Part shown: positions 19,006 to 27,913 of the stretch, piece after piece
How the letters are laid out: each line of letters opens with the position of its first letter
Numbering within the stretch: the first letter of the stretch is position 1
DNA from: Candidatus Nanohaloarchaea archaeon
GTDB lineage: Archaea > Nanohalarchaeota > Nanosalinia > Nanosalinales > Nanosalinaceae
Length of the DNA stretch: 40,273 nt
NCBI GenBank assembly: GCA_046539225.1
Contig: JBKHHG010000003.1
Coordinates: 1 to 40,273 of the forward strand
Direction: 5' to 3'
Translations under genes and position numbers: made by a program
The notes under the pieces: generated by a model
Told to the model about the DNA's origin: nothing
Seen by the model: the letters and a program-made list of their open reading frames with translations, nothing else
The model's database searches: none

Positions 19006-20324
19006 TTCGGTTCACAGTTAAACTTCCGGTAGAGGTATTTTAACCATTTTTCATCTCCAGACAACGGATCGACAAAGCTCGACTCCTCAACTTCAGATGC
19101 AAGGCCTCCAGGAACTCCACGCATCTTCAGATCTGAGGCCTCACCGTCAAGCATATCACGTACAAGGTTTCGAGCATCGGTAAAATCTCTCTCAGTCTTG
19201 GCACAGAGCCTTTCATCCTGTACAAAAACGTTTCTATACTTTGTCAGGAACTGGTTCAGATGTTTCTCGTTGTGGAATACCTCAGGGCCTTCAACAGTCT
19301 CAGTCTCTGGAAGGCTTCGTTCAACCTCGAAGAACATCCTGCAGCTCTCGCCGACGTGAACGCCTGAGGAAAAAACCCTGAAAGAGGCCTTCCGCAGCTT
19401 TTTCAGCAGCAGGCGTTTCAACTTCCGCATCTGAGGGTAAAGCACGTCTTTCACCTCTTCAGGCCTTTCAAACTCCACGACAAGAACATCCGCTCTTCTA
19501 TCGACTTCTTTCTTCAGCTCGAACTCGCTGAACTCTTCAGATCTTTCAAACATCGAGTAACCCGGATTCTCTCGAAGCTGGAAGGCCTTGAAGATAAACT
19601 TTGCATAGTTTTGCTCTGTCAGTACTGCTGCAACGTTTCTACCCGGGTCAACAGGATCAACAACCACAAAATTAGATTCAAATTCTTTTTCCGGCTCCAC
19701 GACCTCTATACTTTTTTCTCTCTCCCAGTCAGGCGCGGATTCAATCAAGGCCTCAAACGAGCCGTATTCAGCGATTAACAGCTCGCAGAGATACCCGGAA
19801 AAACCCTGAACCTCGAGTGAAGAGCCGTAAAGGCCCTGGGCATCGAGGAAGACCTTTAAAGCCACGACGTCTTTTCTCTGCTGGTCGTCAAGCTCTTTTT
19901 CTATCCATCGAGTATGGTGTGGGGTCCTGTCGACCGCGCTCTGGATGTTTTCAGGGTCTGTGTCGTAGCAGGGCACGACCTCTACCTCGTGACCATCTAT
20001 ACTTCCCTTGGTGTAGGGGTGCTCGGCGTATTCGACGTGATGGTTGTCTGAAAACTTTTTGAAGACTTTTTTACCGATTTCCAGGCCTTTCTCCTCGAGT
20101 TCTTTCCTTGAAGTATCCTCGGGGAAGAGTACAAAGATGTCAACGTCTTTATCGCCTTTTCTGCTTGTTCCTCGGCCTGCGGAGCCTGCGAAATGGGATT
20201 CAAGGCCGTACTCTTTTTCTACATACTCTTCGACTTTTTTGAATACTTCATGAGCTTCTTCAAGTTCTTTCTTGTCGGGGTAGTGTTCCTCGATTACTCT
20301 TCTCTTCAGCTGTTGAAGCTTCAT
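19002..20324 (-). CDS. cca: Class I CCA tRNA nucleotidyltransferase
   Basis: GS..RGT...DKDVDIF, YAEHPY, SAVDRTP.H, GFSGYLCELLI and DPVDP.RNVAA. Confidence 0.95.
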   Translation of the reverse strand: MKLQQLKRRVIEEHYPDKKELEEAHEVFKKVEEYVEKEYGLESHFAGSAGRGTSRKGDKDVDIFVLFPEDTSRKELEEKGLEIGKKVFKKFSDNHHVEYAEHPYTKGSIDGHEVEVVPCYDTDPENIQSAVDRTPHHTRWIEKELDDQQRKDVVALKVFLDAQGLYGSSLEVQGFSGYLCELLIAEYGSFEALIESAPDWEREKSIEVVEPEKEFESNFVVVDPVDPGRNVAAVLTEQNYAKFIFKAFQLRENPGYSMFERSEEFSEFELKKEVDRRADVLVVEFERPEEVKDVLYPQMRKLKRLLLKKLRKASFRVFSSGVHVGESCRMFFEVERSLPETETVEGPEVFHNEKHLNQFLTKYRNVFVQDERLCAKTERDFTDARNLVRDMLDGEASDLKMRGVPGGLASEVEESSFVDPLSGDEKWLKYLYRKFNCEPK

Positions 20325-20370
20325 GGAAAGATGTGGTAAAGTTGAAAAGAAATAGGTTATGGTAGGGCCT

Positions 20371-20751
20371 CTATTTCAGGCCTTTTACCAGTACTCTGTC
20401 GTCGACTACCCAGTACTTGATGTTTTCGCCTTCTCCAGCATCTAAGTCGCTGGGTAGCTCCATCTCCTGGGTCTCGTAGGTGTCCATGTCCATTACCTGT
20501 GCGATGTCGCCGTCATGGGAGACGATCTGGCCTTCCTTCTTGTCGACGTCAGGAGACATCATCATTGCGTCGCCAGGCTTTGTGATGTGCCGGTCCTTGT
20601 CGTCGAATACGCCCCGGGCCTTGATCTTGCATTTGGCGGATCCGTGTTTTCCGGGTGAGGACTTGCTCATGGACCTTACTTCGCATGGCTCTCCCTCGAT
20701 CATCACGATTGTTCCCTGTTTGACCGATGAGGCCTCGACCTGTTTAGGCAT
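20371..20751 (-). CDS. eif5a: Translation factor aIF-5A
   Basis: S.PGKHGSAK hypusination motif. Confidence 0.96.
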   Translation of the reverse strand: MPKQVEASSVKQGTIVMIEGEPCEVRSMSKSSPGKHGSAKCKIKARGVFDDKDRHITKPGDAMMMSPDVDKKEGQIVSHDGDIAQVMDMDTYETQEMELPSDLDAGEGENIKYWVVDDRVLVKGLK

Positions 20752-20789
20752 TTAGAGGCCACCTCGTCTTCTTGTGTTCTCGTCGCTCA

Positions 20790-20990
20790 TCATGGGTTCA
20801 CCGCCATTTCGACGTCTTCTTTCTTCACCGTGTTTCTCCCTGCGTGGTCGGCCATGTCAGCGGCGTCCCTGGCGAGTTCGTCGCCAAGCTCTTCCACAGC
20901 GTCTCTCAACTCTTCTACTGCTCCATCCGAAACTCTTTCCGCTCCTGCGGCCCTTATTATTCTTTCAACTGGTGCTTTAGGTAGACTCAT
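20790..20990 (-). CDS. Archaeal histone (HMf-like, acidic)
   Basis: LPKAPVERIIR.AGAERVS...HAGR.TVK.ED; ATG at 20990. Confidence 0.95.
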   Translation of the reverse strand: MSLPKAPVERIIRAAGAERVSDGAVEELRDAVEELGDELARDAADMADHAGRNTVKKEDVEMAVNP

Positions 20991-21049
20991 AGTTATCATT
21001 TCAAACATTGCAGACAAGATTTTTTAACTGTCGCATTAAGACCAGAGAC

Positions 21050-21493
21050 GTGAAAGTCGTAGACGCAAACGTGCTGATCCACGGCAGAGGCCTCGACGGA
21101 AAACTTGTTACAGTCCCTGAAGTAATAGACGAACTGAAATCAGGGAAGGCGCGGAAAGGCCTCAGCTCTCACAGCGTTGAAGCCCGGGAACCCGGGAAAG
21201 AAAAAGTTGAAGAAGTCGCGCAGAAATCCGGGGAGATAAACTCGCGGACTTCAAAAGCCGATGAAAAACTGCTTGCGCTTTCTCTCGAGCTTGGAGAGCC
21301 GATTCTTACCGATGACAAAGAGCTTCAGAACCTGGCGCTGCATATGGACGCGAAAGTTGAAGGATTTTTGGACCCGTTGCCTGAGGAAAAACTGAGCTGG
21401 AAGATGGAATGCCCAAGATGCGGAAAAAAGGCCTCAGGCTGCGGCTGCGGCGCTACTCCTCAGAGGAGAATAGATCAGCGTAGTCCAGTATAA
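21050..21493 (+). CDS. nob1: Nob1-like PIN endonuclease with zinc ribbon
   Basis: VVDAN, S.AD...L.L, TDD..LQN.A and CPRCG...CGCG; GTG start at 21050. Confidence 0.85.
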   Translation: MKVVDANVLIHGRGLDGKLVTVPEVIDELKSGKARKGLSSHSVEAREPGKEKVEEVAQKSGEINSRTSKADEKLLALSLELGEPILTDDKELQNLALHMDAKVEGFLDPLPEEKLSWKMECPRCGKKASGCGCGATPQRRIDQRSPV

Positions 21494-22487
21494 ACTCCTT
21501 TGTCAGGATCAGCATCAGAGGCCCGAGTATTACCCCCTTGACGCCGAGGACCAGCGGCCCCGCCAGAAACCCGGTGAAGACAATCAACGGGTGCTCATTA
21601 AGGCTTTTCGCCCCGACCCAGGGCCTCAACACGACTTCAGGCATGACCTGGAGGAAAACGACTCCGAAGAGTATTATCAGGGAGCCCTTCAAAGGCTGAG
21701 CCGACAGAATATAGTACGCGCCAAGCGGAGCGTAGAACATGAAAGCAGCTACAAGAGGCAGGATAGCTGCAACAGCGATGAAGAATGCCCAGAGCGGTAC
21801 AAGCGGTATGGGTGTTGTCAAAAGGCCTATCAGGTAGAACCCTATACCCGCCACTACTCCAAGTATCAAGGCTACAACTATCTGCGTTATGAACACTCCT
21901 TTGAAGATGGAGTCCACCGACTCCATCAGCGACCTCATAATCCTCTCCTCCGTATCCGGAAGGTCTTCAAGTATGCTGTAGAGGCCTCTCGAAATCCTGC
22001 CCCGATCCTTGTAGAGATAGATGGCTGTAACCAGAAAGATCGCAAGATTGATCAGGAAAGACGGAAGCGAGAAAATGATACCCAGGAGCTCGTCAGAGGC
22101 ATAGTTCGACGCGAACTGGAAAAACCCGCTGACCTCAGTGATAACGTACTCTGGCAGATTCAATGATTCAAGAATCGAAACCGTCCTGTCCTCCAGAGAG
22201 ATGGCAAAAGTGTTCAGGCTCCCGATGATCTCATAGATATTATCTATGAAAAAGTAGAGGCCTAAAGACACAAATCCAATCAAGCTTGAGATAATAATAG
22301 TATTAGATAAGAGATCGCTTTTGACATGTTTGCTCAGCTTCTGATGGGTAAAACCAAGTAAATAAGAAGTCGCAACAGCCAAGACTATAGCATCAAGAAA
22401 CGGATACAGGATAGCCAGGCTTCCTACAACCAGAAGCAAGGCAACAAGAAGCGTCTCCCTCTTCGCACGCACCGACTCCTCAACCAT
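21453..22487 (-). CDS. AI-2E (PerM) family transporter
   Basis: Multi-TM; LRP......HPL.V..G.LAG...G.KG.ILGP. Confidence 0.88.
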   Translation of the reverse strand: MVEESVRAKRETLLVALLLVVGSLAILYPFLDAIVLAVATSYLLGFTHQKLSKHVKSDLLSNTIIISSLIGFVSLGLYFFIDNIYEIIGSLNTFAISLEDRTVSILESLNLPEYVITEVSGFFQFASNYASDELLGIIFSLPSFLINLAIFLVTAIYLYKDRGRISRGLYSILEDLPDTEERIMRSLMESVDSIFKGVFITQIVVALILGVVAGIGFYLIGLLTTPIPLVPLWAFFIAVAAILPLVAAFMFYAPLGAYYILSAQPLKGSLIILFGVVFLQVMPEVVLRPWVGAKSLNEHPLIVFTGFLAGPLVLGVKGVILGPLMLILTKEFILDYADLFSSEE

Positions 22488-22619
22488 ATTGTCAATTGTG
22501 AAGGCCTTAATTAAATTATCAGGCCTCAGGCTGTAACTACCGTACAGTCATCCAAACCAGAAAAAGATATTTAAAGCTTGGGGAAACCTTTATAGATATT
22601 ACGAGGATTGATTCTAAAA

Positions 22620-23684
22620 ATGCCTGAAGAAACTGAAAACGTTCCCAGACGCCAGATAGACGAATACGACATCCCAGACGACTGGAAAGAAGAAAAGGAA
22701 AGCAAAGAAGAACCAGAACCGGAAGAAGGAGAAGAAGGATACGAAGTAGTACAGGAAGAAGCCGAAAAAGGCGACACAGTACTAACCTGTCCCGAATGTA
22801 ACTCCCAGCGCTTCGAAGAAGACTCCGCCAAAGGAGAACTCATCTGCATAGAATGTGGATTCGTAATGGACGAAGACAGGATCGACGAATCCGCAGAATG
22901 GAGAGCCTTCAACGCAGAAGAAAAAGAAAAGAAAGCCCGCGCCGGACAACCACTGACATACACAAAACACGACATGGGAGTCAGCACCGAAATCGGAAAA
23001 GGCTCAGGAGAACTCTACAAAGTCTCAGGCAACAAAAGAGCACAGTACTACCGACTCAGAAAATGGCACAAACGCCTGACCAAATCCAAAGACAGGAACC
23101 TCGGATTCGCTCTATCAGAGCTCAACTCAATGATTTCAAATCTGAATCTGCCTGAGTCAGTCCATGAAGAAACCGCAAGACTATACGAAAAAGCCGTCGA
23201 CCAAGGCCTTGTCAGAGGACGATCAATGGAGTCAATCATCTCCGCCCTGATCTACATCGTCGCAAGAAAACAGGGAACACCAAGAACGCTCGACGAAATA
23301 AGCGACTCCTCAGGAATCGAAAAACGAGAGATAGGAAGAGCATACAGATACGTAGCAAGAGAGTTAGGCCTCAGAATCCTGCCCGCAAAACCACAGGACT
23401 ACGTACCAAGATTCGCCGGAAAACTCCAACTAAGTGGAGAAGTCCAAGCCAGAGCACGAAACATCCTCAAAGAAGCACGAGAACGAGACCTACTCTCCGG
23501 AAAAGGACCAACAGGCCTCGCAGCCGCAGCACTCTACATCGCAGCAGTCCTCGAAGGAGAAAAACGCACACAGAGAGAAGTAGCAGACGTAGTAGGAGTA
23601 ACAGAAGTCACAATCAGAAACCGCTACAAAGAACTCGCAGAAAAGTTAGGCCTCGAAGACGAACTCGAAGAAAAATCCAACTGA
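22620..23684 (+). CDS. tfb: Transcription initiation factor IIB with acidic N-terminal extension
   Basis: CPEC...CIECG zinc ribbon, EWRAF B-reader, two cyclin repeats, VTEVTIRNRYKEL. Confidence 0.97.
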   Translation: MPEETENVPRRQIDEYDIPDDWKEEKESKEEPEPEEGEEGYEVVQEEAEKGDTVLTCPECNSQRFEEDSAKGELICIECGFVMDEDRIDESAEWRAFNAEEKEKKARAGQPLTYTKHDMGVSTEIGKGSGELYKVSGNKRAQYYRLRKWHKRLTKSKDRNLGFALSELNSMISNLNLPESVHEETARLYEKAVDQGLVRGRSMESIISALIYIVARKQGTPRTLDEISDSSGIEKREIGRAYRYVARELGLRILPAKPQDYVPRFAGKLQLSGEVQARARNILKEARERDLLSGKGPTGLAAAALYIAAVLEGEKRTQREVADVVGVTEVTIRNRYKELAEKLGLEDELEEKSN

Positions 23685-23694
23685 ACTGGTTAAC

Positions 23695-23786
23695 GCATCT
23701 TTCCGTAACGGAAAGCATGCTGAAAGCAGACTTTTTCTAAAATCTGCGACGCTCGGTTCACACGCAAGGAGGCCTTAACAGGCCTC
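23695..23786. other. Three tandem hairpins between convergent tfb and trm1
   Basis: GCATCTTTCCG-TAA-CGGAAAGCATGC (23695-23720), GCAGA...TCTGC (23726-23747) and GAGGCCT-TAAC-AGGCCTC (23769-23786). Confidence 0.55.
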
Positions 23787-23810
23787 TAATACCCAGACTA
23801 GAAACTGAAT

Positions 23811-24890
23811 CTACATCATAAATTCCAAGATATCTTCAAGAGGCGCATCGGTTCTTATTCCTGTAGGCCCGAAATGCGTTCTTGACACGGGATATCCTTT
23901 CTCCTTTAAGGCCTCTATTACTTTGTCTCTTTTCGGCACCGGTACGTCGTGTCGAGAAGCCAGTTCGTGGAGGTCGTAGAACGGCGTTAAGATTTCCGAT
24001 TCTGCGTGGACTTTTTCCAGTATCTTTTTTGAGGCCTCCCATTCTTCAGAGATGTTTTCCAGCATTTTTTCTGTGAATCGTGAGTCGGCGATTTTTCCGG
24101 TCCAGAGCGGGCCTGCATACTCTACTTCTCCGCCGCAGTAACCGCATTTTTCTACTCTTTGTAATTTTCTCCATCCACACTTATCGCAGTAGGAGAGGTA
24201 TCCTATGTTTTCCAGGGCTTTGTTGGTTCTTTTTTTGGATTCTGTTACTCTTCCCATGATGCGTGTGTAGTGTTTGTGCTGATAGCAGAACTTTGGCTCG
24301 AAGGCCTTATCATACCGCGCAAAGTTCTGGAAGGCCTCTTTGATGTAGATGCGTAATGCGGTTTCGTGCATGAAACTGTTTTTCAATGGTTTTGAGCTGT
24401 ATCTTCTTTCACATACTTTTGGATAGCTTCCGGTTGGTGCGGAGTTGTCCGTCGCAGTCAAACCGACAAAAGAGTTGTAGTTCGCGGATCTCGCGGTTGA
24501 GTCCAGGAAAGGTGTGAACGGTCCGTAGGGATCGATGTCGATGAAATGGAAGTATCCTGGCTTTTCTGAGAGGAAGACGTTTGCATCTTTGTTCTCGACT
24601 GAGGCCTCGACACTGTTTTCTTTCAAGGCCTTTTCCGCGGCTTCTACAGCGTTAGGGTTGGCGTCGTTCAGGTAGACTTCTCCTAATTCGGAGTAGCGGA
24701 GGCCTCTGATTCCTGTACCGGTTAGCGGGTCGGCGATGTTCGGATCTTCTATATCAACGTGTTGGAGAAAGGTTTTCGCGGCTACAAAGGATAGGTCCCG
24801 GTTTTCAAGCATTTCCGGGTTGTAGAAGACCTCGTCGTCTTTCCTGGGATCTCCGCTCGGTGCAAAAATCTTGAGACCTCTTTCTTCCAT
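23811..24890 (-). CDS. trm1: tRNA (guanine26-N2)-dimethyltransferase
   Basis: VFYNP....NRD, GTGIRGLRY, DIDPYG, GPLW.G and SRTHF...GIRTDA. Confidence 0.95.
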   Translation of the reverse strand: MEERGLKIFAPSGDPRKDDEVFYNPEMLENRDLSFVAAKTFLQHVDIEDPNIADPLTGTGIRGLRYSELGEVYLNDANPNAVEAAEKALKENSVEASVENKDANVFLSEKPGYFHFIDIDPYGPFTPFLDSTARSANYNSFVGLTATDNSAPTGSYPKVCERRYSSKPLKNSFMHETALRIYIKEAFQNFARYDKAFEPKFCYQHKHYTRIMGRVTESKKRTNKALENIGYLSYCDKCGWRKLQRVEKCGYCGGEVEYAGPLWTGKIADSRFTEKMLENISEEWEASKKILEKVHAESEILTPFYDLHELASRHDVPVPKRDKVIEALKEKGYPVSRTHFGPTGIRTDAPLEDILEFMM

Positions 24891-24975
24891 ACCTTTGTTT
24901 GGGATCTGAATTTTTTATGCTGTATCTTATTCGAGCGATAGTCAACTTTTTTAAAAAGGGCCTTGAACGCCGGTA

Positions 24976-25041
24976 GCCTCTGAGAACCGGGATAAAGCCT
25001 TGAGTTTCTTGATGGATTGTTTTGAGCGGGAGTTAGGGTGA
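24976..25041 (+). pseudogene. atpH: Probable 3' remnant of A-type ATP synthase subunit H
   Basis: ASENRDKALSFLMDCFERELG* directly before the atpI fragment; in-frame TGA at 24964 and no start upstream of the fragment. Confidence 0.45.
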
Positions 25042-25045
25042 TTGT

Positions 25046-25180
25046 CTTATCAGAGCAGAGGAGATGAGGAAGGTATCTGTTACAGGTCCGAGAACCAGGC
25101 TTGAAGAGGTTTTGGAAGCGGTTCACGATCTCGGGCTTATGGATCTGGAGGAGTACAGCGGCGAGATAGAGACGGGTCAA
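25046..25180 (+). pseudogene. atpI: 5' remnant of A-type ATP synthase subunit I
   Basis: LIRAEEMRKVSVTGPRTRLEEVLEAVHDLGLMDLEEY resembles the archaeal AtpI N-terminus; this frame stops at 25226-25228. Confidence 0.8.
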
Positions 25181-25310
25181 CGCCCTGGAACACAAGATCA
25201 TCCCCGAACTGGAGCAAGGCCTCGATAAAGTAACGCAGATGCTGGAAGAAAGAGAAAGAGAGGAAACCTTCCGCATGAAGAAGATCAAAGAGATGCAGGA
25301 AGAAACATAG
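25170..25310 (+). pseudogene. atpD: 3' remnant of A-type ATP synthase subunit D
   Basis: [46 protein letters not shown], preceded by in-frame TAG at 25167. Confidence 0.9.
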
Positions 25311-25330
25311 ACATTATTCAAATTAACCGG

Positions 25331-25711
25331 TCATAGGCCTCTAACCTTCTCCTCTATCTCTTTAAAGGCCTCTTCAGGCTCTTTACCGGGATGTATCGGG
25401 TCTTCAACTTTCCAGACCTCCACTTTATCGGGATCAACATTGAAGTTTCTCTTGATGTACTCGCTGTGTCTTGGCATCATGCAGACCACTTTGTCCGCCT
25501 CGTCTATGGCTCGCTGAGAGATCTGATCGGGATCCGGCTTTACATACTTGAGCGCCTCCCTTTTCTTCAACCAGTCTCGGGCGGCCGGGGACACAAAATC
25601 TACTGCAGAAACCCCGGCGGACTCTACCTCCATGTCATGGTGCTTCCTTGTCAAGGCCTCTGCCACCGGACTCCTGAAAGAGTTCCCGGTGCAGATGTAG
25701 AGTATTCTCAC
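25331..25711 (-). CDS. Low-molecular-weight phosphatase / ArsC-type arsenate reductase family
   Basis: CTGNSFRS P-loop, SAG and W.VEDP. Confidence 0.88.
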   Translation of the reverse strand: MRILYICTGNSFRSPVAEALTRKHHDMEVESAGVSAVDFVSPAARDWLKKREALKYVKPDPDQISQRAIDEADKVVCMMPRHSEYIKRNFNVDPDKVEVWKVEDPIHPGKEPEEAFKEIEEKVRGL

Positions 25712-25828
25712 GTCTATATTTTTCCCAGAGGCCGACTTTAACTTTACCCTCCTTTTTTTGGAACAGCGGCCCTGAAAATTTTTTTCCGAAGAGTAACAAA
25801 TTTAACTTTTGATCTGGAAAAGGCTTTC

Positions 25829-26170
25829 ATGGACTACTTACAGGAGGCCTATCACCCCGACTTTGAAGCAGGGAGGGTTACACCAACCGCTGAAAGAGTT
25901 AGAGCGCTTTTAGGCGAGGCAGAAAAGATTGACGTATTTCATCGAGAAGCTGGCGTGCCCTTAACCGGGAGAGAGAAACAGGCAGAAGGCCTCAATACAA
26001 CGGAAGCGTTCAACAAGGCTTTAAGATTCGGGGGCGACCGTTACATCGCAGTCCGGAACGAATCAGGAGAGCTTGAAGGCCTCCAGATCTATGAAAATAA
26101 TAGAGAAGGTCTCAGAGGATTTTTATTGCCTACGAGAGGCGATGAACTGATTTTCGAGTACCGAGAGTGA
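25829..26170 (+). CDS. Hypothetical protein
   Basis: 113 aa ORF filling the gap; its stop abuts the next gene's stop. Confidence 0.6.
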   Translation: MDYLQEAYHPDFEAGRVTPTAERVRALLGEAEKIDVFHREAGVPLTGREKQAEGLNTTEAFNKALRFGGDRYIAVRNESGELEGLQIYENNREGLRGFLLPTRGDELIFEYRE

Positions 26171-27388
26171 CTACTTTTCTTCCTCCTCTTCAGTATCTGC
26201 GTCCTTGGCATCAGGCATCTTCCGGTCTCCGGCTCCCTGAGCGACTTCTGATGGATCGACGTCTGGCGCCATATCCTCTGCTTCTTCCTCTTTGAGGTCC
26301 TCGCCTACTTCCGACACGAATTCCCGGGAGCTGTTTTTGAGTTCGTATAGCTCTTTCTCGTTGATCTCGCCAAGCTGTTTCTCCTGGACTTTTTCGATTA
26401 TTGAGTCCCATTTTTCGAACATTTCAACGTGTTCGTCGTCAACGTTTAGGTTCTCCTCGACTACACCCGGCAGATCTTCCTTTTCTTCCGGCGGCTCAAC
26501 TCCCTGCGATTTAAGCATGGCGATGTTGGCCTTGAGGAAGTTCCTGTAGTCCTCAACAAGATTCTGAACCTTCTTTCTGACCCCCATCTCGGAGACAAGC
26601 TTGTGCATTCTCCTGATAAAGTCATCCGTCTTTTCAAGGTGTTCATCGACTTCTTCTCCTGTTACCTCTTCAGGATTCTTCTCTCCCTTATCTCCAAATT
26701 CGTAGATGTCACGGGCCTTGTCGGCGTACTCCTGTTCAAGCATATCTTCTTCGACGAACATGTCCTCAAGCACATCCGGAACATCTTCCTTGGCAGGAGG
26801 GTTTTTGCCGGCGAGCATGATCGGGGCCTGTCCTGCCGAAGCCATCGCCTGTTCAAGTTTATGAGGCGCCGAGGACTTCACCGTCTGCTCAGCTTTCTTG
26901 TATCCAGCGGCTCCGACTTTAAGCCTCTTCCTGACGGACTCCTGAGTTCCTGAGATCTTTCCTCTCTCGAGAAGCCGCTTCGCAGGCATGAATACACCGG
27001 TGTCGTAGACAGCTTCTCCGTTCCTCACTGCTTCGATGGCGAGAGGTTCGCCCTTTCTCAGCGAGTCCCAGAACTCTGTCAGGAACGGGAAGTACTGGAT
27101 CGTGATCCTGTCATCGGTCTCTTTCGCAAGCTGTGTAACCTTCTTCTGTATCTTTTTCTTTGCGTCGTCCGGAACGTCTCTCTGCAGCTTTGTATCGTCT
27201 AGGACAACCAGAGTATCGATATCGGATTCATGGCCGTGCTCTCCTTTTGCAACGCTCCCCCAAACTGCGACAACCATCACCTTGTCACCAAGCTTTTCAT
27301 TGAGTTTGTCGGAGAACTCTTGAGCGGCCTCCATCCTCCTCTCTTTCGACTTCTCTCTCATATCCTTCAGCTTGTCTTTAGAACTCAT
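26171..27388 (-). CDS. Pol-beta-type nucleotidyltransferase fused to two HEPN-like helical repeats
   Basis: WGSVAKGE....SDIDTLVVLDD motif; repeated G..PP.(E)KED.P.V.E segments. Confidence 0.8.
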   Translation of the reverse strand: MSSKDKLKDMREKSKERRMEAAQEFSDKLNEKLGDKVMVVAVWGSVAKGEHGHESDIDTLVVLDDTKLQRDVPDDAKKKIQKKVTQLAKETDDRITIQYFPFLTEFWDSLRKGEPLAIEAVRNGEAVYDTGVFMPAKRLLERGKISGTQESVRKRLKVGAAGYKKAEQTVKSSAPHKLEQAMASAGQAPIMLAGKNPPAKEDVPDVLEDMFVEEDMLEQEYADKARDIYEFGDKGEKNPEEVTGEEVDEHLEKTDDFIRRMHKLVSEMGVRKKVQNLVEDYRNFLKANIAMLKSQGVEPPEEKEDLPGVVEENLNVDDEHVEMFEKWDSIIEKVQEKQLGEINEKELYELKNSSREFVSEVGEDLKEEEAEDMAPDVDPSEVAQGAGDRKMPDAKDADTEEEEEK

Positions 27389-27451
27389 CAGGCCTCACAT
27401 CTAAACTTTAGCGGGACAGACTTAAAAACTTTCCCACATATTTGTCACTGT

Positions 27452-27910
27452 ATGGTAAGTAATGATATCCTGGAGTATGTGGAAGCAGAACTCGGACGCA
27501 GCACACACCCACACCTTGAGGATATGAACGATGAAGAGGCCTCAGACTTCTTCGAAAAATTCGCGTACGAGACAGGCCTCAACAACTTTTCAGCCGTTAT
27601 ACTACACACAGAGGAACAGGACGGGTACGACCTGATGGAAAAAACAGCTTTACACCTCCAGTCTAAAGGAGAAAGGCCTCAGTACTTTATACCAGAAAAG
27701 TTCCAGGACCGGGTAAAAAACTCTGAAGTTATAGATGAACAGTGGGTAGAGTACCTGAAAGAGAGAACTGTGGAGGAAGATCTTACCCAGACATACAGCG
27801 AGTTTAACGGCTCAGGAAGAATCCAGATCACGGAGGAAGAATCTGCCGCAGAGACAGAACAGGTAAGCTCCGGGTGCGATCTTGAGGACTACGTAATACT
27901 CTCTGAATAA
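27452..27910 (+). CDS. Acidic hypothetical protein (start at ATG 27452)
   Basis: 152 aa, very acidic; TTAAAAA box about 25 nt upstream. Confidence 0.65.
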   Translation: MVSNDILEYVEAELGRSTHPHLEDMNDEEASDFFEKFAYETGLNNFSAVILHTEEQDGYDLMEKTALHLQSKGERPQYFIPEKFQDRVKNSEVIDEQWVEYLKERTVEEDLTQTYSEFNGSGRIQITEEESAAETEQVSSGCDLEDYVILSE

Positions 27911-27913
27911 GCT

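Noticed and set aside
21453..21493. Overlapping 3' ends of convergent genes (also 16856-16872, 18445-18464, 35959-35971)
   Set aside because: Ordinary feature of streamlined genomes.
21591..22166. 191-aa plus-strand ORF
   Set aside because: Lies entirely antisense to the AI-2E transporter.
25064..25310. Functional AtpI-AtpD fusion made by programmed frameshifting
   Set aside because: No slippery sequence at the junction, and the product would lack all functional domains; a deletion scar is simpler.
24782..25321. 179-aa minus-strand ORF over the trm1 upstream region
   Set aside because: Basic, Ser/Leu-rich and unlike this proteome; it is the antisense shadow of the atp remnants and overlaps trm1.
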